From Verrucomicrobiia bacterium (GTDB lineage: Bacteria > Verrucomicrobiota > Verrucomicrobiia > Limisphaerales > DASXHY01), in NCBI GenBank assembly GCA_035765675.1, contig DASTXC010000007.1:7696-71695 (forward strand): 64,000 bases of DNA. The letters are read 5' to 3'. Below the pieces are notes generated by a model. The model searched no databases and was not told the origin of the DNA. It was given only the letters and a program-made list of their open reading frames with translations. Made by a program: the position numbers and the translations under genes. Shown in pieces: positions 32,822 to 41,280 of this stretch; the first letter of the stretch is position 1, and every line of letters starts with the position of its first letter.

Positions 32822-33244
32822 ATGAGTTCACAAATCCGACGTTTATTTCATCCGAATGGTCGAATTCGCACAGAAATTCCGACGAAAAACGGCAAAACTC
32901 ATGGAATAAAACGTGATTACCATCCCAATGGGCAGTTGGCAGCGGAAATTTCTTATGAACACGGTCTCCAACACGGAACTGCGAAAATCTGGGCATCTGA
33001 TGGTCGACTGCTCGGTGAATATTCCCTGAGTCATGGAACCGGGATTGCCAAAGTTTGGTATGATAATGGGAATCTGCAATCCGAAGTTACCTTAGTTCAA
33101 GGTCTTCCAACTGGTCGACAAAAGGCATGGTATGAAGACGGGCATCCGGCGCCCGACACCTACTGGATTAATGGAAGGAAAATATCTCGAAAAAAATATT
33201 TAGAAGCATCTCAATTGGACTCGCAGCTCCCACGTTACGGTTAA
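32822..33244 (+). CDS. YwqK-family / MORN-repeat-variant immunity protein
   Basis: Repeated G..HG....Y.NG.L units (NGKTHGIKRDYHPNGQLAAEISYEHGLQHGTAKIW..). It starts 13 nt after the RHS stop. Confidence 0.85.
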   Translation: MSSQIRRLFHPNGRIRTEIPTKNGKTHGIKRDYHPNGQLAAEISYEHGLQHGTAKIWASDGRLLGEYSLSHGTGIAKVWYDNGNLQSEVTLVQGLPTGRQKAWYEDGHPAPDTYWINGRKISRKKYLEASQLDSQLPRYG

Positions 33245-33399
33245 TATATTCAGTTCATGAGAAGGTCCATTTTGATCCGAAAACAGTGTTAATAGAAAAT
33301 CGAGTGAAATCACGATCTGCTGCTGAGTTACGCCTTTTTCCAGCTGTTTAAGACGGATATTATCTTCGAGCGTTTTCGGTGCGACGGAAACCGCCTTGA

Positions 33400-33561
33400 A
33401 GGGTCTCCGCTTCGCCGGAATATCGCGTCGAGATGTATGAATGGTGCGGTGGCTAATAACCAACAGCTGCACTGCGTTCCGAGCAGGCGATGGCTTCGCT
33501 CGATTCCCGTTCGTGAGTTGCTGACAAAGCGAGCAAATGCACGTCGACGTGGAATTATCAC
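33400..33561 (-). pseudogene. possible decayed C-terminal fragment of a tyrosine recombinase (frameshifted)
   Basis: One frame reads IIPRRRAFARFVSNSRTGIERS, compared with PH.LRH.FA..L...G. The adjacent frame reads AVQLLVISHRTIHTSRRD, compared with vq.LLGHssi.tT.rY. The catalytic residues are not preserved. Confidence 0.25.
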
Positions 33562-33570
33562 AGAGAGCGG

Positions 33571-34677
33571 CTATTTTCCTTTGAGTGGCGTCACTGGAAA
33601 AGCGCGGCCACGCGGATTTCCAGTGAAACCGGCGAAATTTACCGGAATTCCATCATCGGGCTTGTCGCCGTAGAAGCTCTCTCGATGAAAAAAATAATCC
33701 TCTGAATTCTGAGTTTTGATGAAACCCCATGGGCTACGGTTGACTTGGTAATTGTAAATGTAGCCGACCTCTCGTTCAGCGGTCGAATAGCAGATTTGAG
33801 ATAATCTCGCGACTAATTGATCAGCGGTCAGACGTTTGTTCGCGTCCTTCTGCAAACAGCCTTCAATAATATGCCACAGTTCGTCTAGCAGCGGCTTGAA
33901 TTGAAGGCTTTCGCGCTTGTAGACGCCAGCTTTGGACGGCAATCCTTGCTGCACAATCTTCGCGATTACGGCCAGACCCGAACCAAATGGTTTCTCACCG
34001 CTCAAAAGATAGAACAAGATCGCGCCTAAAGACCAGATATCTGCGGATTTGGTCGTGTTCTTAGAATCCAAAAGGAGTTCTGGTGCCATATAAGGTAAAG
34101 CGCCTACTACAGTTTGAGAACTGGTTATCGTTTCTGTTTCTCCTTTTCCCAAGTCCGAGCCTTCGATCGCTTGTCCGATCTCGGCTTCAGCCATTTTCGC
34201 GATTCCGAAGTCAGTCAACTTCAAGACGGACATGCTGGGGTCTTGAGACACCATTACATTGCTTGGCTTCAAATCACGGTGAAAGACATCGACGTGATGG
34301 CATGCTGCGACGCCTTTTGCTAAATGATGAATTATGTGAGCAGCGAGATGTGGATCTAGGTAATAGAATTCAGTGTTCAGCCGAAGCTGCAAATCTGCTC
34401 CATTAATGAACTCCTCTACCAGATAAAATGTCTCTTCAGTTTCGAAGTAGTCCAGTGTTTTGGCGACGTTCGGATGCACGACCCGGGCGCTAACTTCTGC
34501 GCTTCTACGAAATCGTTTTGTCGCTGATGGATTCTTCGGAACTTTAACTACAACAGGACGTGCGAACGCGCTATCGATAGCCTTATAGACCTGCTGCATA
34601 CCGCCTTCTCCAATAAATTTATTGATTTTGTAACGTGAGGCGATCACATCTCCGACTGCATGAATTCGATTTGTCAT
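33571..34677 (-). CDS. Hanks-type Ser/Thr kinase fused to a C-terminal cold-shock (OB-fold) domain
   Basis: The kinase motifs are GEGGMQQVY, VVVKVPK, HRDLKPSNVMV, DFGIAK and YMAPE. The tail is GYIYNYQVNRSPWGFIKTQNSEDYFFHRESF..DDGIPVNFAGFTGNPRGRAFPV. It parallels the CspA pattern G.V.WF....GFGFI....D.FVH.S....G..V.F...G.kG..A..V. Confidence 0.8.
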   Translation of the reverse strand: MTNRIHAVGDVIASRYKINKFIGEGGMQQVYKAIDSAFARPVVVKVPKNPSATKRFRRSAEVSARVVHPNVAKTLDYFETEETFYLVEEFINGADLQLRLNTEFYYLDPHLAAHIIHHLAKGVAACHHVDVFHRDLKPSNVMVSQDPSMSVLKLTDFGIAKMAEAEIGQAIEGSDLGKGETETITSSQTVVGALPYMAPELLLDSKNTTKSADIWSLGAILFYLLSGEKPFGSGLAVIAKIVQQGLPSKAGVYKRESLQFKPLLDELWHIIEGCLQKDANKRLTADQLVARLSQICYSTAEREVGYIYNYQVNRSPWGFIKTQNSEDYFFHRESFYGDKPDDGIPVNFAGFTGNPRGRAFPVTPLKGK

Positions 34678-35762
34678 TACAGAATTACCTCCGGATGTGA
34701 AATGTCAAAGGTCAGAAAACGTCGGTCACGGCGCCGGTTATCGGCAGAGATGGTTATCACACACGAACCGGGAAGAACCATTTCATCGGAAGCTCGAATA
34801 TTATTGATATCCACAATGCCTGAGATATTGCGGAGACGAAAATCAAAACCCTCATACACAATGGTGAAGCTTGCGAAACCTGGCGTTTTAACGCCGATGC
34901 CTTTACCAATCTCTGCAATTTGGTAAACTTTATCACCGTAAGTCAGCCTTCCTTCATGCTTTCCGAACAACAGATGAGCAGCTATTTCATCTCGCATGAA
35001 TGCCATCTCAGGACGTTTAGCAGGGATAACATTCAATGTCGAGTTAAGAGCGTCCGAAAGCCGTTTCGGGAGTCCAATAGTGTGAGTTGAGAAGGATGGT
35101 GGCGGAACAGTATCGAAGGGAGGAACTTCCAAAAAACCTTTTGGAAATCTCGGATCAAGCAACTCCCACGCAGTGACTCCGAATGCATACGTATCGACAG
35201 CGGCTGTGACTGTCGCAGGGGCGGCGGTATATAACTCGGGCGCACGGTAAACATCGGTGCCTCTCCCGGTTGTAGTCACAGGAGGCGGTTTGTGGTCACA
35301 CGCCAATCCAAAATCGAAAATTTTCAAAATTTTCTCAGAATCGAATTTCATGTTCACTGGTTTTATATCCCGGTGGATTTTCCCATGCGAATGGATGTCG
35401 GCGATTCCCGAAGCGATCTGGAATATAACTTTAAGGTAATCTTGAACCCCTTTCACTCCGCCCGAAGCAAAGTCCGGAAGCTCGTCTCCGGAAAGATACT
35501 CTTGCACTACTGCTGCAACTGAGGCTCCTTCATCCTTGAAGAAATCGAAAATTCGCACCACGTGCTTGGATTCGATTGTAGAGAGAGCAGCGACTTCATT
35601 TTGGAGCGTCTGACAGTCAGTTACCTCCTTTACAATTTTGATCGCCACTTCTCGGCCCAACCATTTATCCCGACAAACCATTACCTTGCCCTGACCTCCG
35701 CTGAAGGTCTTTGTCGCCGGACCATACCGATTGGGAATGGTCAACCCGCCTTTTGCACTCAT
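34677..35762 (-). CDS. Hanks-type Ser/Thr kinase with C-terminal beta-rich (FHA-like?) domain
   Basis: The kinase motifs are GGQGKVMV, VAIKIV, HRDIKPVNM, DFGLA and YRAPE. The roughly 110-aa tail (..FTIVYEGFDFRLRNISGIVDINNIRASDEMVLPGSCVITIS..) is loosely FHA-patterned. Confidence 0.8.
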   Translation of the reverse strand: MSAKGGLTIPNRYGPATKTFSGGQGKVMVCRDKWLGREVAIKIVKEVTDCQTLQNEVAALSTIESKHVVRIFDFFKDEGASVAAVVQEYLSGDELPDFASGGVKGVQDYLKVIFQIASGIADIHSHGKIHRDIKPVNMKFDSEKILKIFDFGLACDHKPPPVTTTGRGTDVYRAPELYTAAPATVTAAVDTYAFGVTAWELLDPRFPKGFLEVPPFDTVPPPSFSTHTIGLPKRLSDALNSTLNVIPAKRPEMAFMRDEIAAHLLFGKHEGRLTYGDKVYQIAEIGKGIGVKTPGFASFTIVYEGFDFRLRNISGIVDINNIRASDEMVLPGSCVITISADNRRRDRRFLTFDISHPEVIL

Positions 35763-36868
35763 GTTTCTGGATTTTCAGTGATTTCTATCTCAGGAAGACC
35801 TTGACCCTTCGCAGACAGTTTTTTCCTCTTTTTCTGAATGGGCTTTTTCTTCTGAGAATCTGTAAAAACATGTTGAGGACCATGAAAACTAGCGTCCTCT
35901 CTTAAAATGAGACAACGGCTTCTTTCCACGTCCTCAGAATTCACAAACATTTCGAGCTTCCCAAAGCTGTCCCAAACCTCCAATAGGCCGGGCGAACGGA
36001 AGCTCTCTCGAAAAATGTGATTGTAGTCAGTTGTCCTCGGCAGACAAATTATCGTTCCATTGTCAGCTCCTTTCGCCCACGTCACCACAGATGTGATTCT
36101 CTTCACTGTTTCACTTGCCGTAGGAGCGCGCTCAACGAACTCTGAAAGCATTTTCTCGCCGAGGTAATGGATGCCATCTGATGTAATGAAAAGGTTCTTT
36201 TCGTCAGGAAGGCGAACCGATTTCGGCTGCAAACTTGGCCCCATTCCCAAGTATTGAGTCAATTGCTTCGAAAAAGTGCCGCCGGAGCCGAAATTTCCAA
36301 GAAGTTGCAGTTGGCTCTCAATATTGTCATCAGAGGAGATTTGGACTAGACCGGTTTGATCTCGTGCGTAAATTCGACTGTCTCCTACGTTTATACCCTG
36401 CGGTCTGAAGGACGGTGTAAGGCAAACTGCTGAGTATGTGCAGCCGCCATTTTCATGATAGAAACGAAAAATATCTTCATTCGCTGCGAAAGCTGCGTCC
36501 CTCATCCGTCGAAAAAGTTCTTCTCGGCAGTTGGCTATCAATTCGAGAATGGCACCCGAGAGCGCGAGACTGGCGCAAACACCACCATCACGTAAACCTC
36601 CGATACCGTCACACAATCCATAAAACACGAACGATTCAGATGGAAATCTTGAAGAGTAACGTGCGATCACGGCGCGATCTTGATTTTCTGATCGGACGTT
36701 TCCAACGGTCGTTCCGATTGCCCCAAGACCATCAGCGTCATTTATTCCATCCGGTCGGGTTGGTCGATCAAGCCATTTTGCGAGGCGTTGCTGGAATTTC
36801 TGTTTCACCTGTCGAAAAAAACATTTTGGTTTTGAAGTGGGCCAAATGCAATCCGTAAACGCAGACAT
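35759..36868 (-). CDS. PP2C-family Ser/Thr phosphatase with Lys-rich C-terminal extension
   Basis: The PP2C motifs are VRSENQDRAVI, GLCDGIGGLRDG, INVGDSRIY, ITSDGIHYL and ADNGTIICL. The stop overlaps the kinase start (ATGA). Confidence 0.85.
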   Translation of the reverse strand: MSAFTDCIWPTSKPKCFFRQVKQKFQQRLAKWLDRPTRPDGINDADGLGAIGTTVGNVRSENQDRAVIARYSSRFPSESFVFYGLCDGIGGLRDGGVCASLALSGAILELIANCREELFRRMRDAAFAANEDIFRFYHENGGCTYSAVCLTPSFRPQGINVGDSRIYARDQTGLVQISSDDNIESQLQLLGNFGSGGTFSKQLTQYLGMGPSLQPKSVRLPDEKNLFITSDGIHYLGEKMLSEFVERAPTASETVKRITSVVTWAKGADNGTIICLPRTTDYNHIFRESFRSPGLLEVWDSFGKLEMFVNSEDVERSRCLILREDASFHGPQHVFTDSQKKKPIQKKRKKLSAKGQGLPEIEITENPET

Positions 36869-36975
36869 TGCAATCCTTTGAAGTTGGCGGCATGACCCGG
36901 TTTACAAAGACAAAAAATCGATCAACAGGCATTCGCCGCCCGGGCATCCGAAGAGCACTGTTGTGCTGTATAGGC

Positions 36976-37167
36976 TTAAGGTTTGCCGCTGACGAGGCGC
37001 TGGTATGTTCCCAAAACACCCACCATTTCCCGAATGTGGCACGCTTTCGGTCGCATCACACCGTCTTTCCAGGCTTTCACCAGGGCTGATGCAATTCCCA
37101 TTTTAAACGCCAGGTGATATGGAGCCATTTCATGCTCCCGGAGCTTCACCTGAATCCAGTCAGCCAT
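36976..37167 (-). CDS. small HTH (XRE-like) protein
   Basis: MADWIQVKLREHEMAPYHLAFKMGIASALVKAWKDGVMRPKACHIREMVGVLG fits an HTH_3-type layout. The start was chosen at the internal ATG. The longest ORF (to 37260) runs into a repeat or tRNA-like fragment. Confidence 0.45.
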   Translation of the reverse strand: MADWIQVKLREHEMAPYHLAFKMGIASALVKAWKDGVMRPKACHIREMVGVLGTYQRLVSGKP

Positions 37168-37380
37168 CGTTTTCACGCTTGCAGGCAAGGGTTTAGGTTG
37201 CGACGGTTTCCTTGCAATTGGCGCGAATTTAACTGAAATTTGCCGGTATGCAAAACCCAACTGAGCTACTCTCCTCCGGCTTCGCCCGGAGGAGAGGGAG
37301 TGATCAGCCGTTTTGAATTTCGAAAGTTCAACCCGTTGTTTGGTGCGGGTGCCAAGTTGCGCCCCTTTGAACCCGCGCGA

Positions 37381-39489
37381 TCAGCGTTTCAAACGATAAA
37401 ATTTCGGACCGGCACCCAGGGTTTCGGTGACAACTTTCTGATCGCCTTCGAATTGCGGTTCAATCGCCACGTTTTCCCACGAATTGCTGGACGCCAGGTC
37501 ATCGCTGGATTGCAAAACAAACTGTGAAAGATTCACCGACCACGAGAGACGCGCCTGGCCATCCGAGACCTGGAGCTTCAGTGTCGGGATCACATAAATC
37601 GTGGTGCTGGCGGACGCGAGATTGTTTGCGGGATCAGGATCGGGAAAATCACTCGCCACGGCGGCGGAATCGGAAAGCGTTGTGGCTTCATGCGGCGTCA
37701 CTGTCAACGTGACTGTGGCTTTGCTGAACGCCGGGATGGTGCCGAGTTCGCCCGTGACGGGATTGCCGCTGGTGTTGAGTGTTCCCTGAGTTTTCGAAGC
37801 GGACTTCAAGGTTACTTGACCCGGCAGCCAGTTCGTCAACGTCACGGCGGGCGCGGCGAACGGTCCGTTGTTCGTGATCGTAATGACGTAAGTAAAATCG
37901 TTGCCGAGCAAAACGGATTGCGGCGCGGCAATGGAAACCGCGATGTCGCTGGAATAATCCAGCGTGAACGGCAACGCGCTGGCCGAGGTGCCCGCGGGTG
38001 TGGTTACGGAAATCGGGCCGGTGGTCGCATTCGTCGGCACAATCGCGGTCAGCACGCCATTGGTGCCGAGCGTGAAATTGGCGTTGCTGCCATTGAATTG
38101 CACGGCGGTCGTTCCGAGAAAATTCGTTCCCAGAATCGTCACGTTCGTTCCTGGCATTCCGTGCAGCGGCGTGAATCCGGTGATGATCGGCACGCCGTAA
38201 AACAGATGGTTTTCATCGCTGGTAACGGTTCCGTACGGCGTGGTGATGGAGATTGGACCGGTGATGACTCCGGGCGGAATCACGGCACCAATGATTCCGT
38301 TGTTGGTAACGGTGAAGGCCGCTGCAGGTTGGCCATTGAATGTTACTGCGCTGGCATCGAGGAAATTGGTTCCCACGATTTTCACCGTTGAACCTTCCGG
38401 TCCAAATGTGGGCGTAAACGAAGTAATGGCCGGCGGCAGATAAAATCGCTCGCTGCTCGTGAAACTGCCGTTCGGGGTTTGCACGGTGAGCAAACAATTC
38501 GTCGCGCCGGCGGGAACTTTGGTCGTGAGTTGCCCATAACTGACGGCACTCGGCTGACCGGCTTTGATGCTGCCGAACAGAACGTTCGTTGCGCCCAGAA
38601 GATTTTCGCCAAAGATCGTGACGTTGGTTCCCGGCTGGCCTTTGTGCGGAGTGAAGCCGGTGATCAAAGGTTGAACGACGAAGTTGCTGGTGGAAAACAC
38701 CGGGCCGGCCGGAGTGTCAATTTCGAATGGACCGGTCATGGCGCCCGCGGGAATGGCGACGTGGATTGTGTTGTTATCCACGACTTCAAAGTCCGGGCTG
38801 AAGTTCGTAAAACCTGGATTGAAACGCACCGCGTACGCGCCGAGGAAATTGGTTCCTTTGATGACAACGTTGGTGCCAATGCGGCCAAAGCTCGGAGTGA
38901 AACTTTTGAGAATTGCGGACGCGTAGAAATATTCAGTGGAAGTCCAGCTTCCCGCGCCCGTTGTAACTTTGATCGGACCCGTGGTGACGCCGAGGGGCGG
39001 TTTGACTGAAATCTGTCCATCGGTGCCAGCGAAAGCGCCGCGGCCGCCTACGCCATTGAATTTCACATTACTCAATCCGGTGAAATGTGCGCCGGTGATC
39101 GTGACTTGGGTTTCCGAGCTTCCCGCGTTGGGCGAAAATCCGGAAATGTAAGGGCCCGCTCCGATGACCTGAAAATCATCTACACTGAAAGCCTGTGCGC
39201 CATTAACAACAACGCGAATTCGCACTGGTCCAAGTGGCGTCCCGCTTCGGACTCGCGCCTGGATTTCAGTGCCATCAGCCGCTGTGGCCGCGTAACCGGC
39301 CGCAGCCTCAGTCGAACCAAAATAGACCTTCAATGTTCCGGGATAGAATCCGCTGCCCTTGATAACGACGTAATTGGGGTCGGCTGACGATCCAAACGTG
39401 GGAGAAAAGGACGTGATCACCGGCGCGGCGAATCCGGAAGCTGTGAAAAGAAATGCGGCGATCCAACTGAGGCAGGCTTTGAACTTCAT
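37381..39489 (-). CDS. secreted multi-IPT/TIG-domain protein with DUF11-type C-terminal repeat
   Basis: It has a signal peptide and about eight repeats of I(T/S)(S/G)F(S/T)P..G..GT.V.I.G.NF. These are followed by ITITNNGPFAAPAVTLTNWLP. Confidence 0.85.
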   Translation of the reverse strand: MKFKACLSWIAAFLFTASGFAAPVITSFSPTFGSSADPNYVVIKGSGFYPGTLKVYFGSTEAAAGYAATAADGTEIQARVRSGTPLGPVRIRVVVNGAQAFSVDDFQVIGAGPYISGFSPNAGSSETQVTITGAHFTGLSNVKFNGVGGRGAFAGTDGQISVKPPLGVTTGPIKVTTGAGSWTSTEYFYASAILKSFTPSFGRIGTNVVIKGTNFLGAYAVRFNPGFTNFSPDFEVVDNNTIHVAIPAGAMTGPFEIDTPAGPVFSTSNFVVQPLITGFTPHKGQPGTNVTIFGENLLGATNVLFGSIKAGQPSAVSYGQLTTKVPAGATNCLLTVQTPNGSFTSSERFYLPPAITSFTPTFGPEGSTVKIVGTNFLDASAVTFNGQPAAAFTVTNNGIIGAVIPPGVITGPISITTPYGTVTSDENHLFYGVPIITGFTPLHGMPGTNVTILGTNFLGTTAVQFNGSNANFTLGTNGVLTAIVPTNATTGPISVTTPAGTSASALPFTLDYSSDIAVSIAAPQSVLLGNDFTYVITITNNGPFAAPAVTLTNWLPGQVTLKSASKTQGTLNTSGNPVTGELGTIPAFSKATVTLTVTPHEATTLSDSAAVASDFPDPDPANNLASASTTIYVIPTLKLQVSDGQARLSWSVNLSQFVLQSSDDLASSNSWENVAIEPQFEGDQKVVTETLGAGPKFYRLKR

Positions 39490-39625
39490 GTGCTGTGATT
39501 AAATTCTCCAGGGCTTACACCAACCGGCTTGATTCCCTTTCGAGAACCAAGGTGAAAGCTTATAGCTGTCCCGCATTTCAAAATCAAATCCTGAATGGCC
39601 AACGGGTGTGATTACAACTGGTGGT

Positions 39626-39790
39626 CACTCTCGCCCCGTGAGGAACGAACGGGGAGAGAGCCGGAGAGAGGGGATTTTGATTTTCTTATCGATCGGGATT
39701 GTCCGCCAGGTTGAAATTTCAAACGGTTCAAAACCTCCTCTCCCCATCCTTCTCCTCCTTCCTTCGTCAGGAAGAGAGGGGTTGACCATC
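39626..39790 (+). repeat. dispersed ~150-bp REP/MITE-like repeat, family 1 (full copy)
   Basis: cactctcgccccgtgaggaacgaacggggagagagccggagagagggg ... ttccttcgtcaggaagagagggg. It is near-identical in layout to 62061-62205. Confidence 0.8.
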
Positions 39791-40055
39791 AGTTGCAATC
39801 GCACCCATGGCCAATGAACGCCGCGCGACGAGGCGGAACGTGAAATAGTGTCACAGCCTGTGATCCTGCCGCAAATTCCAGTTGGCTGTAGCTTTCGCGG
39901 CTACCTTGCTTTGCCCGAGGCTGCGGCGTATGCTCCGCGAATTGTGCAACGGTTCGAAGCGATTGCGGCGGATCCTGGAACGGCGGGTGATTTGGATTTC
40001 GTGAATCACGACCGCGCGAGTCACCGCCAAACGCTTCAATTATTTTCAAATTGTT

Positions 40056-41165
40056 ATGACCGATCCTCGTTATTCGAAACTGGCAAAGCTGCTCGTGGAA
40101 TATTCCACCGCGCTGAAAAAGGGCGATCGCATCCTGCTCGACATGGTGGATGTGCCGGATGAGTTCACGATTGAACTGATTCGCGCCGCGCGAAAGGTGG
40201 GAGCCATTCCGGTTGTCGAAACGCGCCACACTCGCGTTAGCCGCGAACTGTTGCGCGACACCAGCGAACCGCAGGCGCAACTCGCGCGCGATCTGGAATT
40301 GTTTCGCATGAAAAAAATGCAGGCGTACATCGCCATTCGCGGCAGTCAGAACGCGAGCGAAAATGCGGATGTGCCAAGCGACAAGATGTCGATGTATTCG
40401 CGCGTGATCCGGCCGGTGCTGAATCATCGCGTGAACAAAACCCGCTGGTGCGTCTTGCGCTGGCCGACGCCGAGCATGGCGCAGGGCGCGGGCATGAGCA
40501 CCGAAGCGTTCGAGAATCTTTATTTCGATGTCTGCACGATGGATTACCGCAAGATGGCGCGGGCGATGGTGCCTTTGGAAACGCGAATGAAACGCGCGGA
40601 TCGCGTTCACATCAAAGGCCCGGGAACCGATCTGCGTTTCAGCATCAAAAATATCGGCGCGAAAATGTGCAAAGGAGATCGCAATATTCCCGACGGCGAA
40701 GTGTTTTCCTGCCCCGTGAAAAATTCCGTGAATGGCCGGATTCAATTCAACACACCGACGCTCTATTCCGGAACGAAGTTCGAAAATGTGATGCTCGAAT
40801 TCAAAGACGGAAAAGTGGTCAACGCAACATCGAACAACACCAAGCGCCTGAACGAAATTCTCGACACCGACGCCGGCGCGCGTTACGTCGGTGAATTTTC
40901 ACTCGGTTTCAATCCCTACATCCTGAATCCGATGTGCGACATTTTGTTCGATGAAAAAATCGCCGGCTCGATGCATTTCACGCCCGGCCAGGCCTACGAG
41001 GAATGCGACAACGGCAATCGTTCCGCCGTGCATTGGGACATGGTGCTGATTCAGCGTCCGGAATGGGGCGGCGGCGAAATCTGGTTTGATGACGAATTGA
41101 TCCGCAAAGATGGCATGTTCTTGCCGAAAGATCTGAAGCCGCTGAATCCAGCCAATCTGAAATAA
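40056..41165 (+). CDS. M29-family aminopeptidase (AmpS/PepS type)
   Basis: The N-terminus is [28 protein letters not shown]. The size and the IPDGEVF..EF..G motifs fit the family. Confidence 0.85.
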   Translation: MTDPRYSKLAKLLVEYSTALKKGDRILLDMVDVPDEFTIELIRAARKVGAIPVVETRHTRVSRELLRDTSEPQAQLARDLELFRMKKMQAYIAIRGSQNASENADVPSDKMSMYSRVIRPVLNHRVNKTRWCVLRWPTPSMAQGAGMSTEAFENLYFDVCTMDYRKMARAMVPLETRMKRADRVHIKGPGTDLRFSIKNIGAKMCKGDRNIPDGEVFSCPVKNSVNGRIQFNTPTLYSGTKFENVMLEFKDGKVVNATSNNTKRLNEILDTDAGARYVGEFSLGFNPYILNPMCDILFDEKIAGSMHFTPGQAYEECDNGNRSAVHWDMVLIQRPEWGGGEIWFDDELIRKDGMFLPKDLKPLNPANLK

Positions 41166-41228
41166 TTTACGATTTACGATTGGCGATTTACGAACGTGCG
41201 GTCGTCGAAAATCTGTTGAAACAATTTA

Positions 41229-41258
41229 CGCGCTGGTCAGCTTTCGCCGATCAGCGCG
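41229..41258. terminator. bidirectional terminator hairpin between convergent genes
   Basis: cgcgctggtcag-ctttc-gccgatcagcgcg. It is flanked by inverted atttacgatt repeats. Confidence 0.55.
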
Positions 41259-41280
41259 TAAATCGTTAATCGTAAATCTT

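Noticed and set aside
36976-37260. Full 94-aa version of the HTH ORF.
   Set aside because: The N-terminal 31 aa are translated from repeat or tRNA-like sequence. The internal ATG at 37165-37167 gives a compact HTH protein. This remains low confidence.
37245-37275. Minus-strand ggagagtagctcagttgggtt, resembling a tRNA acceptor and D-arm.
   Set aside because: The D-stem cannot close (ttgc instead of gagc), and no anticodon arm or T-arm follows. At best it is a ~20-nt fragment. I mention it only as a possible old integration scar near the kinase islet.
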